Assembly (NCBI GenBank): GCA_037138355.1
Contig: JBAXIL010000005.1
Span: 1 to 61,264, forward strand
Direction of reading: 5' to 3'
Source: a bacterium
Lineage (GTDB): Bacteria; Oederibacteriota; PGYV01; Palsa-1178
Length of the DNA stretch: 61,264 nucleotides
Shown here: positions 29,574-39,130 of the stretch, in pieces
Position numbering within the stretch: the stretch's first letter is position 1
Layout of the letters: each line of letters opens with the position of its first letter
Translations under genes and position numbers: made by a program
Notes under the pieces: generated by a model
The model's database searches: none
The model's input: only the letters and a program-made list of their open reading frames with translations
Told to the model about the DNA's origin: nothing

Positions 29574-30716
29574 TTATACTTCAAATTCCTCAGCATCATC
29601 ATAAGGTATTGTTCTTCTGCCAAACAACGAAATGATTTTACCTACAATCAGTCCAGTAACAATAGCAATTACTAAAGTCATAAGTATTCCTATTAATTGA
29701 GCACTTTTATTAATACCACTCACAACTAATAATGCCGCTAAGCCGCCTAAAATACCTGGCAAACCATGGAGATTAATAACACCACAAGTATCTGTTTTTT
29801 TCAGAAGCCCTTCAAGTTTTGGCTGAAGAATTGCAAAGCCGTATGTCGATAAAACTCCTGCTAAAATACCCACAATAAATGCGCCCCCTGGTGCAATGGT
29901 GTCACAAGTAGAACCAATAGCGACTCCGCCTGCTAATGCTGCATTGGCAATATCTGCTGCTGATATTTTCTTTCGGAAACCAACTGTTGCAAAATATGTG
30001 GCAAGCGTTGAACCTGATAAGGCGAGAATTACATTGACCGCTGTTGCAGGCACATTTGCCGGCTCAACAAGTGCGGCACAAAAACTTGGCCAAAACATCC
30101 AAAGCACCATTGAACCAAGCAGAGAAAATTTATTACTGTTTTCATCTGATTGTATGGGTGTCTTATGTTCCTTTAATGTAGTCATAGAGATTGCCACAGC
30201 AAGACCGAAGACTGCACCGAAGGCATGTATTACTATAGAACCACCTGTGTCAACAAATGTTTTTATAAATCCAAATCCATTTTGAAGAATAACCCATTCA
30301 TTGAGTGCGTAAGCTGGAATAAAAAGTATGCCAAGTATAATATACTGTATCATTTTTAATCTTCCCAAAACCGCGCCCGCTGCAATAAGTAATGACGCTG
30401 CCGCGAACTCTGCCATAATCAGCTTATCAATAATTGAATTATTGCCGCCTAAAATACCCATTCCATCTTTTAACATATACAAAGGAATAGCAACACTCAC
30501 GAGCAAATATGTGGCTGTGGCTGCAGAACGGCCATACTTTTTTACAAAGACCATTAAAAAACCAAATCCTAATAATAACATAGCCATAATATGAATTGCC
30601 CTGCTGTATTTTTGAACATCTACTATTTGAACGATATTGGTTTCTGCTGCAAATAATGACACAGCCGATATGACATAAACTAAAATACACATTAATACCA
30701 ATTTAATTAACTTCAC
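29574..30716 (-). CDS. Rh50 (Rhesus)-type ammonium/gas channel of the Amt/Mep/Rh family (probable GTG start at 30716)
   Basis: IHIMAMLLLGFGFLMVFVKKYG, DTGGSIVIHAFGA, LWMFWPSF, DTCGVINLHGLPG; GGAGG RBS. Confidence 0.9.
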   Translation of the reverse strand: MKLIKLVLMCILVYVISAVSLFAAETNIVQIVDVQKYSRAIHIMAMLLLGFGFLMVFVKKYGRSAATATYLLVSVAIPLYMLKDGMGILGGNNSIIDKLIMAEFAAASLLIAAGAVLGRLKMIQYIILGILFIPAYALNEWVILQNGFGFIKTFVDTGGSIVIHAFGAVFGLAVAISMTTLKEHKTPIQSDENSNKFSLLGSMVLWMFWPSFCAALVEPANVPATAVNVILALSGSTLATYFATVGFRKKISAADIANAALAGGVAIGSTCDTIAPGGAFIVGILAGVLSTYGFAILQPKLEGLLKKTDTCGVINLHGLPGILGGLAALLVVSGINKSAQLIGILMTLVIAIVTGLIVGKIISLFGRRTIPYDDAEEFEV

Positions 30717-30855
30717 TATCCCACCTCCGACGATTTTTGAACTCATTTAAAAAAGAGTCAAATTAACAAACACCATTTTTCTTAAAAATAATTGTCCTAT
30801 AATATGTTATATAATACAAGTGCTTACTTTTATGCATATTCTTTCAATAATTTCC

Positions 30856-30883
30856 TTGAAATATCCCGTGATTAATTTATAAT
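30856..30883 (+). promoter_or_regulatory. Sigma70 promoter for serS
   Basis: TTGAAA-16 nt-TATAAT. Confidence 0.55.
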
Positions 30884-30929
30884 AAATAAATGAATATTAC
30901 CGATTAAATACGCTGAAAGGATAAACCAC

Positions 30930-32207
30930 ATGTTTGATATAAAGCTAATCAGGGAAAATCCAGACAAAGTAAAAGAAAGCCTTAAAACTAAGGGAGCTGA
31001 TTTAGCACTTATAGACGAGGCGCTTTTACTTGATAAAAAAAGACGAGAAATAATAGGCGAAGTAGAAAAACTCAAAGCCGAGAATAACAAGGTCTCTGGC
31101 GATATTGCCAAAATGAAAAAAGAAGGAAAAGATGCTTCTACTTTAATTTCAGAAATGAAAATTGTTTCTGACAAAATCAAAATACAAGATGAAGAACTTT
31201 CAAAAACAGAAACAGAACTCAATTCCAAATTATTGTATATTCCAAACCTCCCCCACGCATCTGTACCTGTAGGAAATAATGAACAAGCCAATGTTACTGT
31301 TAGATCATGGGGCAATAAACCTACTTTTGATTTCAAACCAAAACCACACTGGGATATAGCCGAGTATTTGGATATTTTGGACGACAAACGCGCTGTAAAA
31401 GTAACTGGTGCAAGATTTGTAATTTATAAAGGACTCGGAGCGCTTTTGGAAAGAGCCCTTATTAATTTTATGCTTGATGTACAAACAAGAGAAAATGGAT
31501 ATAAAGAAATTATGCCTCCTATATTAATTAACCGTGATTCCATGACAGGCACAGGACAATTACCAAAATTTGAAAATGATTCTTTTAAACTAACTGAACC
31601 TGATTATTTTCTGGCACCTACTGCAGAAGTACCTGTCACAAACATTCACAAAGATGAAGTTCTGCTTGATCGCGACCTACCTATATATTATACAGCTTAC
31701 ACTCCGTGCTTTCGTAAAGAGGCTGGTTCCTACGGTAAAGATATGAAAGGCATTGTTCGCATGCATCAGTTTAATAAAGTTGAACTTGTAAAATTTGTCA
31801 GACCAGAAGATTCTTATGATGAACTTGAAAAGCTTACACTCAATGCCGAATCTATACTCAAGAAACTTAATTTACATTACAGAGTGCTACTTTTATCCAC
31901 AGGAGACATGACTTTTGCCTCATCCAAAACTTATGATATAGAGGTCTGGCATCCTGGTGCCGATAGGTATTGGGAAACTTCTTCCTGCTCTAATTTTGAA
32001 GATTATCAGGCACGCAGAGCAAGAATACGCTTTAAAGATAAGGACAATAAAGTCCGTTTTGTTCACACCCTAAATGGTTCAGGACTTGCCACATCAAGAT
32101 TATTCCCTGCTATTTTGGAAGCCAACCAGACAAAAGATATGGAAGTAATAATTCCAGAGATTTTAAGGCCTTATATGGGTGGTATTGACAGGATAAGCAA
32201 AAAGTAG
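30930..32207 (+). CDS. serS: Serine--tRNA ligase
   Basis: TGQLPKF, PTAEVP, FRKEAG, RMHQF, SSCSN, HTLNGSG. Confidence 0.98.
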   Translation: MFDIKLIRENPDKVKESLKTKGADLALIDEALLLDKKRREIIGEVEKLKAENNKVSGDIAKMKKEGKDASTLISEMKIVSDKIKIQDEELSKTETELNSKLLYIPNLPHASVPVGNNEQANVTVRSWGNKPTFDFKPKPHWDIAEYLDILDDKRAVKVTGARFVIYKGLGALLERALINFMLDVQTRENGYKEIMPPILINRDSMTGTGQLPKFENDSFKLTEPDYFLAPTAEVPVTNIHKDEVLLDRDLPIYYTAYTPCFRKEAGSYGKDMKGIVRMHQFNKVELVKFVRPEDSYDELEKLTLNAESILKKLNLHYRVLLLSTGDMTFASSKTYDIEVWHPGADRYWETSSCSNFEDYQARRARIRFKDKDNKVRFVHTLNGSGLATSRLFPAILEANQTKDMEVIIPEILRPYMGGIDRISKK

Positions 32208-32246
32208 TATACTCACTTACTTTTTCATAATTTTTGGAGGTGTTTT

Positions 32247-32453
32247 ATGGCAAATAATCAGCCTCAAGCAAAGAAAAATATAACAGGATTATATATAGTT
32301 TTAGGTGCCTTAGTTGTTTTAGCACTTGGATATTTTGTTCTTACAAAAGTAAATGCAGATGCTTCTAACTGGGCTGGAGCCGTAGCACCTATTATGATAA
32401 TCGGTGGCTATGTCTTAGTTGCTGTTGGAATTCTTGTAGGTTGGGACGAATAA
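32247..32453 (+). CDS. Small two-TM membrane protein (DUF3098-like)
   Basis: 68 aa; LGYF...APIMIIGGY pattern; GGAGG RBS. Confidence 0.65.
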   Translation: MANNQPQAKKNITGLYIVLGALVVLALGYFVLTKVNADASNWAGAVAPIMIIGGYVLVAVGILVGWDE

Positions 32454-32457
32454 GAAC

Positions 32458-32528
32458 GAGTTTTAAGTTTTTAGTTAATGGCAGATCTGCCTTCAACTCC
32501 AAACTTTGAACTCAAAACTTCGAACTTA
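32458..32528. repeat. Inverted heptamer arrays around the palindrome GGCAGATCTGCC
   Basis: AGTTTT-type units, palindrome at 32480-32491, then complementary AACTCCA/AACTTTG units. Confidence 0.6.
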
Positions 32529-32555
32529 AAATATTGATAAATTATCCCGCATTGT

Positions 32556-32641
32556 GGAGGGCTAGTATAATTGGTAATGCGTCAGACTTGAAATCTGATG
32601 GGAGAAATCCCTTGGGGGTTCGAGTCCCTCGCCCTCCGCCA
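32556..32641 (+). tRNA. tRNA-Ser (anticodon UGA)
   Basis: GGAGGGC/GCCCTCC acceptor stem, TCAGA-CTTGAAA-TCTGA anticodon arm, long variable arm, GTTCGAG T-loop, encoded CCA. Confidence 0.95.
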
Positions 32642-32779
32642 ATTTTTTTCAAAAATTGGCGATAAAGTTGAGAGTAGAAAGTAGATAGTAGAAATACGAA
32701 AAATAAAGACATGGGTTAAAATCCAACTTTCGTTCTACTTTCCATTATCTGTTTTCATAAAGATTATTATTTTGCTCTT

Positions 32780-32805
32780 GTAGGGACAGCGCTCCTTCGC
32801 TGTCC
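32780..32805 (+). repeat. GTAG-type REP-like palindrome
   Basis: GTAG-GGACAGCG-ctcctt-CGCTGTCC. Confidence 0.65.
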
Positions 32806-32847
32806 GCATGTTGAGCAGTTGACCAGATTGAGCAGTAGATTAAAAAC

Positions 32848-32939
32848 GGAGAGGTGGCCGAGTGGCCGATGGCAGCTGACTGCTAATCAGTTGATCCGGG
32901 AAACTGGGTCCGAGGGTTCGAATCCCTCCTTCTCCGCCA
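32848..32939 (+). tRNA. tRNA-Ser (anticodon GCU)
   Basis: GGAGAGG/CTTCTCC acceptor stem, CTGA-CTGCTAA-TCAG anticodon arm, long variable arm, GTTCGAAT, CCA. Confidence 0.96.
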
Positions 32940-33042
32940 ATTTTTTTTATAACCCCATCATAAAATCCTTAAAAATATAAATAACATACAAAAATTTCAA
33001 AACTTTGGATTTTAAACGAGGAATCAAACAATCATATAAAAC

Positions 33043-33804
33043 CTAACTTTTTTTCTTTGCTTTCTTCCATAATGCTATCATATCTTTTTCTGACATACCT
33101 GGAACTAAACTTTTCTCAATTTTTTTAAACCTTTTTATGAACTTATCATTTGCTTTTTGTACAGAATCTTCTGCATTTATATTATTGTGGTATGCCAATG
33201 TGACAAGTGCAAACATAAGGTCTCCAAGCTCTTCACTTATATTTTTTTTATTTTTTGATTTAATTGCGGCTTTTACTTCACGAAACTCCTCTTCTACTTT
33301 TTCCAGTATGGACTCCTGTTTTTTCCACTTAAAACCTGTGCTTTGTGCCTTGCTCTGAAGCCGACGACTTCTTAATAGTGCAGGGAGTGCCTTTGGAACC
33401 CCATCTATAACCGAATCTCTTTTTTTACTTTCTTTCTTTTGTTTTTCCCAAAAATCCCTCACATGCCAATCTTTTGTGAGCCCTTTCTTGTCCCCAAACA
33501 CATGTGGATGCCTTATTATCAGCTTATTACTAATGGCTTTTATAACATCTTCTATTTCAAACTTATTATTACCAGAAGCTATCTGTGCATGAAATACAAC
33601 CTGCAAAAGTAGGTCTCCTAACTCTTCTTTCAAGTTTTCAGAATCATTATTGTTGATTGCTTCTATCACTTCATAAGCTTCTTCAAGTAGATATGGAGTT
33701 ATGCTCTTATGCGTTTGTTTTTTATCCCATGGACACCCATCTTTTGCCCTAAGGGTCTTCATTATGCTTACAAGTTGATTGAAATGGTCTTTACTTTTTT
33801 TCAT
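33043..33804 (-). CDS. mazG: Nucleoside triphosphate pyrophosphohydrolase MazG
   Basis: GCPWD, EEAYE, EELGDLL, RHPHVF, second EELGD. Confidence 0.95.
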   Translation of the reverse strand: MKKSKDHFNQLVSIMKTLRAKDGCPWDKKQTHKSITPYLLEEAYEVIEAINNNDSENLKEELGDLLLQVVFHAQIASGNNKFEIEDVIKAISNKLIIRHPHVFGDKKGLTKDWHVRDFWEKQKKESKKRDSVIDGVPKALPALLRSRRLQSKAQSTGFKWKKQESILEKVEEEFREVKAAIKSKNKKNISEELGDLMFALVTLAYHNNINAEDSVQKANDKFIKRFKKIEKSLVPGMSEKDMIALWKKAKKKS

Positions 33805-35014
33805 TAATTCCGCCGTAGATTATCTGTCCATCTTTTTCCAACATTTTATTCACAGCATTTAAAAATTCAGCCGAAGCATAATATTTACCCTCTATATGCC
33901 CTTGCAATCTTGGTATTATGATTATCGTATTAAACAAACCTTTGTCTTTAATTGCCATTGCTATCCCGCTTGTATTTTGAGCCGATATGTATTCAAGCTT
34001 ATTCTTAGTTTTAAAATTCCCATACATTTTACTAAGTACAAATGCTATATAAGGATCCGCTTCCACACAAACTATTTCTTTAACACTTTTATTATTTGAA
34101 AGCGCCTCAGTCATGCCAGCTAAACCACCATTGATAACAAGAACTCGTGGACCTTTTGCAGGACTTGCAATTATTTTAAACTTTTTGTCACCTAATATAT
34201 ATGCCAGTGTTCCGTTTTCATAGGCACGAGTTTCTTCGCCTTTTTTTACAAGACAAAAATTAACTGTTGGATATTCTTTCTGCGCTATTATTGTAAAATT
34301 TTTAAACAAAGCACGAGAGCTTGCCTCATCAACTTTTTGTTTCATACCTGCTATATTGAAACCGAGATAAATAATAAGTGTTCCAATAATTATCAGCATA
34401 AGCCAGCGGCCTTCCATGGTTTTATCCCTAAAGAATAAGTAAGCAATAGCAAGATTAAATACACCAAGCGTGTAAACCACATCTATATTGATATAATATT
34501 TAACAGCCCATAGTGTATAAAAAATTATTGCCGCAACTATACCAGCCACAACAGCCGCAATAGCAGTAAAAACAAATTGTTGAACTTTTCCTTTTTTTAA
34601 TGCCTCCACAAGTGAAAAAATTGAAATAAATATCATAAACGCAATCGGTACGAAAACAATTCCCAGCATTGCCAAAGCAGTCCAATCTGGGGCATTAACA
34701 TCAGGTCCTAATGTCAAAACAGGTTTAAAATATCTCACAAGTATAACCATTCCAGTAATATAAAAAGCATTAATTACTGGAACAATAGCAGCAATAAAAT
34801 TAAGCTTTTTTTCTGGAGCTTTCCCTGCTGCTATTTTCTTTATAGTCTGAAATGCTAAAATTGCCCCAAACACCCACGAAAGAATAGTAAAACCAATAAT
34901 GTCGTTTGTCAATAATACCTGATTTGTTATCTCTCTGGATAGAATTATCTGAGCGAGCGCGGCAGTAACTCCCTGTGCAAACAACAATATGGTAATTTTA
35001 TAAAATATATTCAT
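33791..35014 (-). CDS. Membrane protein with a degenerate spermidine-synthase/methyltransferase-like C-terminal domain
   Basis: ~7 N-terminal TM with AQIILSRE; RVLVINGG, CVEADP, SAEF...LEKDG resemble the membrane-anchored SpeE-like family. Confidence 0.65.
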   Translation of the reverse strand: MNIFYKITILLFAQGVTAALAQIILSREITNQVLLTNDIIGFTILSWVFGAILAFQTIKKIAAGKAPEKKLNFIAAIVPVINAFYITGMVILVRYFKPVLTLGPDVNAPDWTALAMLGIVFVPIAFMIFISIFSLVEALKKGKVQQFVFTAIAAVVAGIVAAIIFYTLWAVKYYINIDVVYTLGVFNLAIAYLFFRDKTMEGRWLMLIIIGTLIIYLGFNIAGMKQKVDEASSRALFKNFTIIAQKEYPTVNFCLVKKGEETRAYENGTLAYILGDKKFKIIASPAKGPRVLVINGGLAGMTEALSNNKSVKEIVCVEADPYIAFVLSKMYGNFKTKNKLEYISAQNTSGIAMAIKDKGLFNTIIIIPRLQGHIEGKYYASAEFLNAVNKMLEKDGQIIYGGINEKK

Positions 35015-35478
35015 TTTTTCTCCCTTGAAGTTTTTGTCTTTATTTTTTTTAGTTTCTGTCCTTTATTATAAAAGAACTCCGTCATAACAAACTTTTTATA
35101 TATTCTATATGTCATAAAATATCCAAATGTTTTTGTATTATTCATAAGCTGGTCAGGAAGCATATGACTTAGATAGGCCACAGTGAAAACAATAGAAAAA
35201 GTATAATTGTGAGTAAAAAATCCAACTATCCATGCTATTAATATGTATTCATAGGCATGAAAAATAACATAAAAGTGATGAAAGTCACCTAAATATGATT
35301 TTTTGAACAGCCCTTTCATGTTAAATGTTCCTTCTTCCCTTATATAATCGATTACATGATCAACATCCACAAGGAACCCAAGAAACAATGACATTGCGAC
35401 ATAGTACCAGTTATGTGTTGTAAACCAAACACCTACTGCAACTGGTACAGAAACGGCTATATGATGTTCCATTTTCAT
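35011..35478 (-). CDS. Membrane-bound metal-dependent hydrolase-like protein (YdjM/DUF457-like)
   Basis: HH, DVDH, FH and SHMLPD motifs within TM segments. Confidence 0.65.
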   Translation of the reverse strand: MKMEHHIAVSVPVAVGVWFTTHNWYYVAMSLFLGFLVDVDHVIDYIREEGTFNMKGLFKKSYLGDFHHFYVIFHAYEYILIAWIVGFFTHNYTFSIVFTVAYLSHMLPDQLMNNTKTFGYFMTYRIYKKFVMTEFFYNKGQKLKKIKTKTSREKK

Positions 35479-35520
35479 AATTTTACCGCCTTAACAAATA
35501 TATCCCAAAAGTTTAGGAAA

Positions 35521-36888
35521 TTATTTTTTTGTGAACTTTTTTACCGCTGCAATTTGTTTTTTTACTGAAGCAATAGAAGTAGAACCAGAAGTCCGTTTTG
35601 AATTGACTGATTTCATAGGATCAAAGATAGCATAATAATCTTCGCCAAACTTATTTGAAAACTTATTTAGTTCATGTTCTTCAAATTTCGGAAAAGATTT
35701 ATTATTGTCTATAGCATAGCTTACCATTTGCCCAACTATCTTATGACTGTCGCGGAAAGCTGTTCCTTTTTTTACCAAATAATCAGCCACATCTACTGCA
35801 TACATAAAATAATCATTTAGTTGCTCATCGAGTTTTTCCGTTTTAAAACTTATATTTGCCAATAATTTTTCTGCGATATTTAGTATGTCTTTTAATTCAT
35901 CAAGCCTACTAAAAACCAAAACCTTATCTTCCTGCATGTCCTTATTATATGCCAAAGGCAGTCCTTTAAGCATAGTGAAACCAGCCATAAGGCCTCCAAA
36001 AAACTTTCCAGCCTTACCACGAATAAGCTCTGCTATATCAGGATTTTTCTTATGCGGCATAATTGAAGAACCTGTTGCAAAGGTATCATCTATTTCCAAA
36101 AAATTAAACTCACTTGAATTATAAATGATTATTTCTTCCGCAAGCCTTGATAAGTGTACAGCCGACACGGAAGAAGCATAGAGAAAATCAAGGACAAAAT
36201 CCCTATCAGAAACTGCATCCATAGAGTTCTCTGCTACATTTTTAAACCCTGTCTCTTTTGCTAAAAGAGCACGATCTATATTATAGTTGCTTCCAGCAAG
36301 TGCTCCGCTTCCTATAGTAAGACGGTCAGTGCGTTTTAAAACAAATTCAAAAAGTTCATGATCTCGTTTTAACATGCTGCAATATGCCATGAGCCACTGG
36401 CCAGCAGATATTACCTGTGCGTGCTGCAAATGTGTAAAGCCAGGCATAAATACATTTATGTTTTTTTCTGCAAGTATAGTCATACGCGCCATTAATTTTT
36501 TTATCAAAGTCATAATATTTTTGATTTCAACCATCATATACATTCTTGTATCTGTCGCCACAAGGTCATTCCTGCTCCTACCTGTGTGAAGTTTTTTGCC
36601 TGTCTCTCCTATGGCTTTTGATAATTCCGTTTCAACCGCTGAGTGCACATCTTCATAAGCAGAAAAATTAATGGAACCTTCTTTTTTCAGAAGGTCTTTA
36701 AGTCCGCCTATAATCTTATTTGTTTCCTTAAGAGTAATAATACCTGCCTTATGCAGAGCTTTAGTATGGGCGATACCAGCTGCTACATCATACTTAAAAA
36801 GCCTTTTGTCAAAAGCTATTGACGCATTGAACTTATCGGCAGCAGGGTCAAGAGTCTTTTTAAAGCGTCCGTCCCAAGTTTTTTCCAT
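35521..36888 (-). CDS. argH: Argininosuccinate lyase
   Basis: WDGRF, HTGRSRND, TGSSIMPHKKNPD, YNKDMQEDK. Confidence 0.97.
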   Translation of the reverse strand: MEKTWDGRFKKTLDPAADKFNASIAFDKRLFKYDVAAGIAHTKALHKAGIITLKETNKIIGGLKDLLKKEGSINFSAYEDVHSAVETELSKAIGETGKKLHTGRSRNDLVATDTRMYMMVEIKNIMTLIKKLMARMTILAEKNINVFMPGFTHLQHAQVISAGQWLMAYCSMLKRDHELFEFVLKRTDRLTIGSGALAGSNYNIDRALLAKETGFKNVAENSMDAVSDRDFVLDFLYASSVSAVHLSRLAEEIIIYNSSEFNFLEIDDTFATGSSIMPHKKNPDIAELIRGKAGKFFGGLMAGFTMLKGLPLAYNKDMQEDKVLVFSRLDELKDILNIAEKLLANISFKTEKLDEQLNDYFMYAVDVADYLVKKGTAFRDSHKIVGQMVSYAIDNNKSFPKFEEHELNKFSNKFGEDYYAIFDPMKSVNSKRTSGSTSIASVKKQIAAVKKFTKK

Positions 36889-36898
36889 TTTTAGCTCC

Positions 36899-38122
36899 TT
36901 AAGTTTTATTCTTCTTCATTTTTTTCTGTATCTGATTATAAATCTTCAACTGAAGTCCATAAAGATTTATGAACCCTTCTGCATCTTTCTGATTATAAAC
37001 TTCCTCAGCTTCAAAAGTTGCCATAGCCTCACTATACATAGAGTAAGGTGAAGTCTTGCCTGCCGAGCGAATGTTTCCTTTATAAAGTTTTAGTTTTACT
37101 TTTCCAGTTACGGTTTCCTGCGTCTTGTCTATAAACACGCTTAAGGCCTCACGCAGTGGAGCAAACCACATACCATTATAAACCATTTCACCAAACTTCA
37201 TGGCTATCATTTGTTTATAATGAAAAGTGTCGCGGTCCAATGTAATTTCTTCAAGCTCTCTGTGTGCTGCATAAAGTATAGTACCGCCTGGTGTTTCGTA
37301 TGTCCCACGCGACTTAATTCCCACTAATCGATTTTCAACCATATCCACAAATCCTATGCCGTGTTTTCCGCCTATAGCATTTAGTTTATATACTATATCA
37401 AGCGCCGACATAGTCTTGCCATTTACAGCCACTGGTTCACCTTTCACAAAATCAATTGTCACATACTCTGCTTTATTTGGAGCTTTTTCAAGCGTACTTA
37501 TTTTGCTTAGTATATCGTCTATCGGTTCTTTTGCTGGATCCTCAAGTATGCCACCCTCGTGGGATATGTGCCATAAATTATCATCTTCCGAATAAGGTTT
37601 TTTCTTCGTGGCGACTATAGGAATATTATGAGCATGCGCATAAGCCATAGCTTCAGTACGCGACTTTATATTCCACTCGCGCCATGGTGCAATTATTTTT
37701 AAATGTGGAGCAAGAGCTTTATAAGTTAGTTCAAAACGCACTTGATCATTTCCCTTGCCTGTCGAACCGTGACATACTGCATCAGCGCCTTCTTTTAAAG
37801 CTATGTCAACTTGTGCTTTTGCGATTATAGGACGCGCTATTGAAGTTCCAAGAAAATATTTGCCTTCATATAAAGAACCTGATTTAAGCATAGGATATAT
37901 AAAATCTTTTACAAACGCAGCCCTTACATCCATAACATAAACTTTAGAAGCGCCGCTCGCGATTGCTTTTTTACGAACTTTTTCAAAATCTTCTTTTTGA
38001 CCGACATCCACTACGCATGCTATAACTTCACAGCCATAAGTATCCTTAAGCCATGGAACTATAATGGAAGTATCAAGTCCTCCAGAATACGCTAAGACAA
38101 CTTTCTTTGCTGATTTTGCCAT
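36899..38122 (-). CDS. argG: Argininosuccinate synthase
   Basis: [29 protein letters not shown]. Confidence 0.98.
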   Translation of the reverse strand: MAKSAKKVVLAYSGGLDTSIIVPWLKDTYGCEVIACVVDVGQKEDFEKVRKKAIASGASKVYVMDVRAAFVKDFIYPMLKSGSLYEGKYFLGTSIARPIIAKAQVDIALKEGADAVCHGSTGKGNDQVRFELTYKALAPHLKIIAPWREWNIKSRTEAMAYAHAHNIPIVATKKKPYSEDDNLWHISHEGGILEDPAKEPIDDILSKISTLEKAPNKAEYVTIDFVKGEPVAVNGKTMSALDIVYKLNAIGGKHGIGFVDMVENRLVGIKSRGTYETPGGTILYAAHRELEEITLDRDTFHYKQMIAMKFGEMVYNGMWFAPLREALSVFIDKTQETVTGKVKLKLYKGNIRSAGKTSPYSMYSEAMATFEAEEVYNQKDAEGFINLYGLQLKIYNQIQKKMKKNKT

Positions 38123-38163
38123 TTTCTTTCTCCTTATATAAGTTATTGATTGTCATTGCAACT

Positions 38164-39105
38164 TTACTTACCCATTAACATCGATAGTATTGCCTTCTGT
38201 GCGTGTAACCTGTTTTCCGCTTGATCAAAAACGACTGACTGCGGTCCGTCCATAACTTCGGCAGATATTTCCTCACCGCGATGCGCTGGCAAACAATGCA
38301 TTATTATGCAATCTTTTTTTGCCTTTTTCAAAAGTTCTGCATTTACCTGATAACGAGCAAATTCTTTTTTACGCTTTTCGCTTTCTTCTTCTTGTCCCAT
38401 ACTTGCCCAAACATCTGTATATATGACATCCGCATCCTTAACCGCTTCTTCTGGGGACTCCGTAATTAATATTTGTGTTTTTCCAGCCACAGCCAATTCT
38501 TTTGCCTTGTCCACAACATTTTTTACAGGAAGATATGCAGCTGGACTTGCTACTGCCATGTGCATATCAGCTTTAGGTGCAGCATACAACCACGAATTAC
38601 AAACATTATTACCATCGCCTATATATGCCACTTTAAGACCTTTAAGTGTTTCTTTCTTATCTTTTATTGTAAGCAGGTCAGCAATTATCTGACATGGGTG
38701 TTCATCATCAGTCAAGCCATTTATTACAGGCACTGTCGCATATTTAGCAAGTTCTGTAACATCACTGTGTTTATATGTACGAATCATTATGCCGTCAACA
38801 TACCGCGACAAAACTCGTGCTGTGTCAGCTATAGGTTCACCGCGACCGATTTGTGTATCTGTAGGATTAAGATAAAGCGCTGCGCCGCCTAATTGAAACA
38901 TACCTATCTCAAACGAGACCCTGGTACGAGTGGATGATTTAGTAAAAATCATGGCAAGCGATTTGCCTAAAAGCGGAAAAAACATTTCCCTGTTTTTATG
39001 CTTATGGCGAATCATATCCGAAACATTTAATATGGATTCGATTTCTTCTTTAGTTAAATCAAGAATAGAAATCAAATCTTTCTTTGCCAAATGAATCATA
39101 GACAT
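38164..39105 (-). CDS. argF: Ornithine carbamoyltransferase
   Basis: STRTR, HPCQ, DVWASMG, HCLP. Confidence 0.97.
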   Translation of the reverse strand: MSMIHLAKKDLISILDLTKEEIESILNVSDMIRHKHKNREMFFPLLGKSLAMIFTKSSTRTRVSFEIGMFQLGGAALYLNPTDTQIGRGEPIADTARVLSRYVDGIMIRTYKHSDVTELAKYATVPVINGLTDDEHPCQIIADLLTIKDKKETLKGLKVAYIGDGNNVCNSWLYAAPKADMHMAVASPAAYLPVKNVVDKAKELAVAGKTQILITESPEEAVKDADVIYTDVWASMGQEEESEKRKKEFARYQVNAELLKKAKKDCIIMHCLPAHRGEEISAEVMDGPQSVVFDQAENRLHAQKAILSMLMGK

Positions 39106-39130
39106 TTTAAAAACCTCCGCGAATAATTAA

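Noticed and set aside
32556-32641. Selenocysteine or suppressor tRNA
   Set aside because: Anticodon is UGA (reads UCA, Ser), not UCA; acceptor stem is the normal 7 bp
32940-33042. Integrated element at the tRNA genes
   Set aside because: No integrase and no duplicated tRNA 3' end (att site) seen in the window
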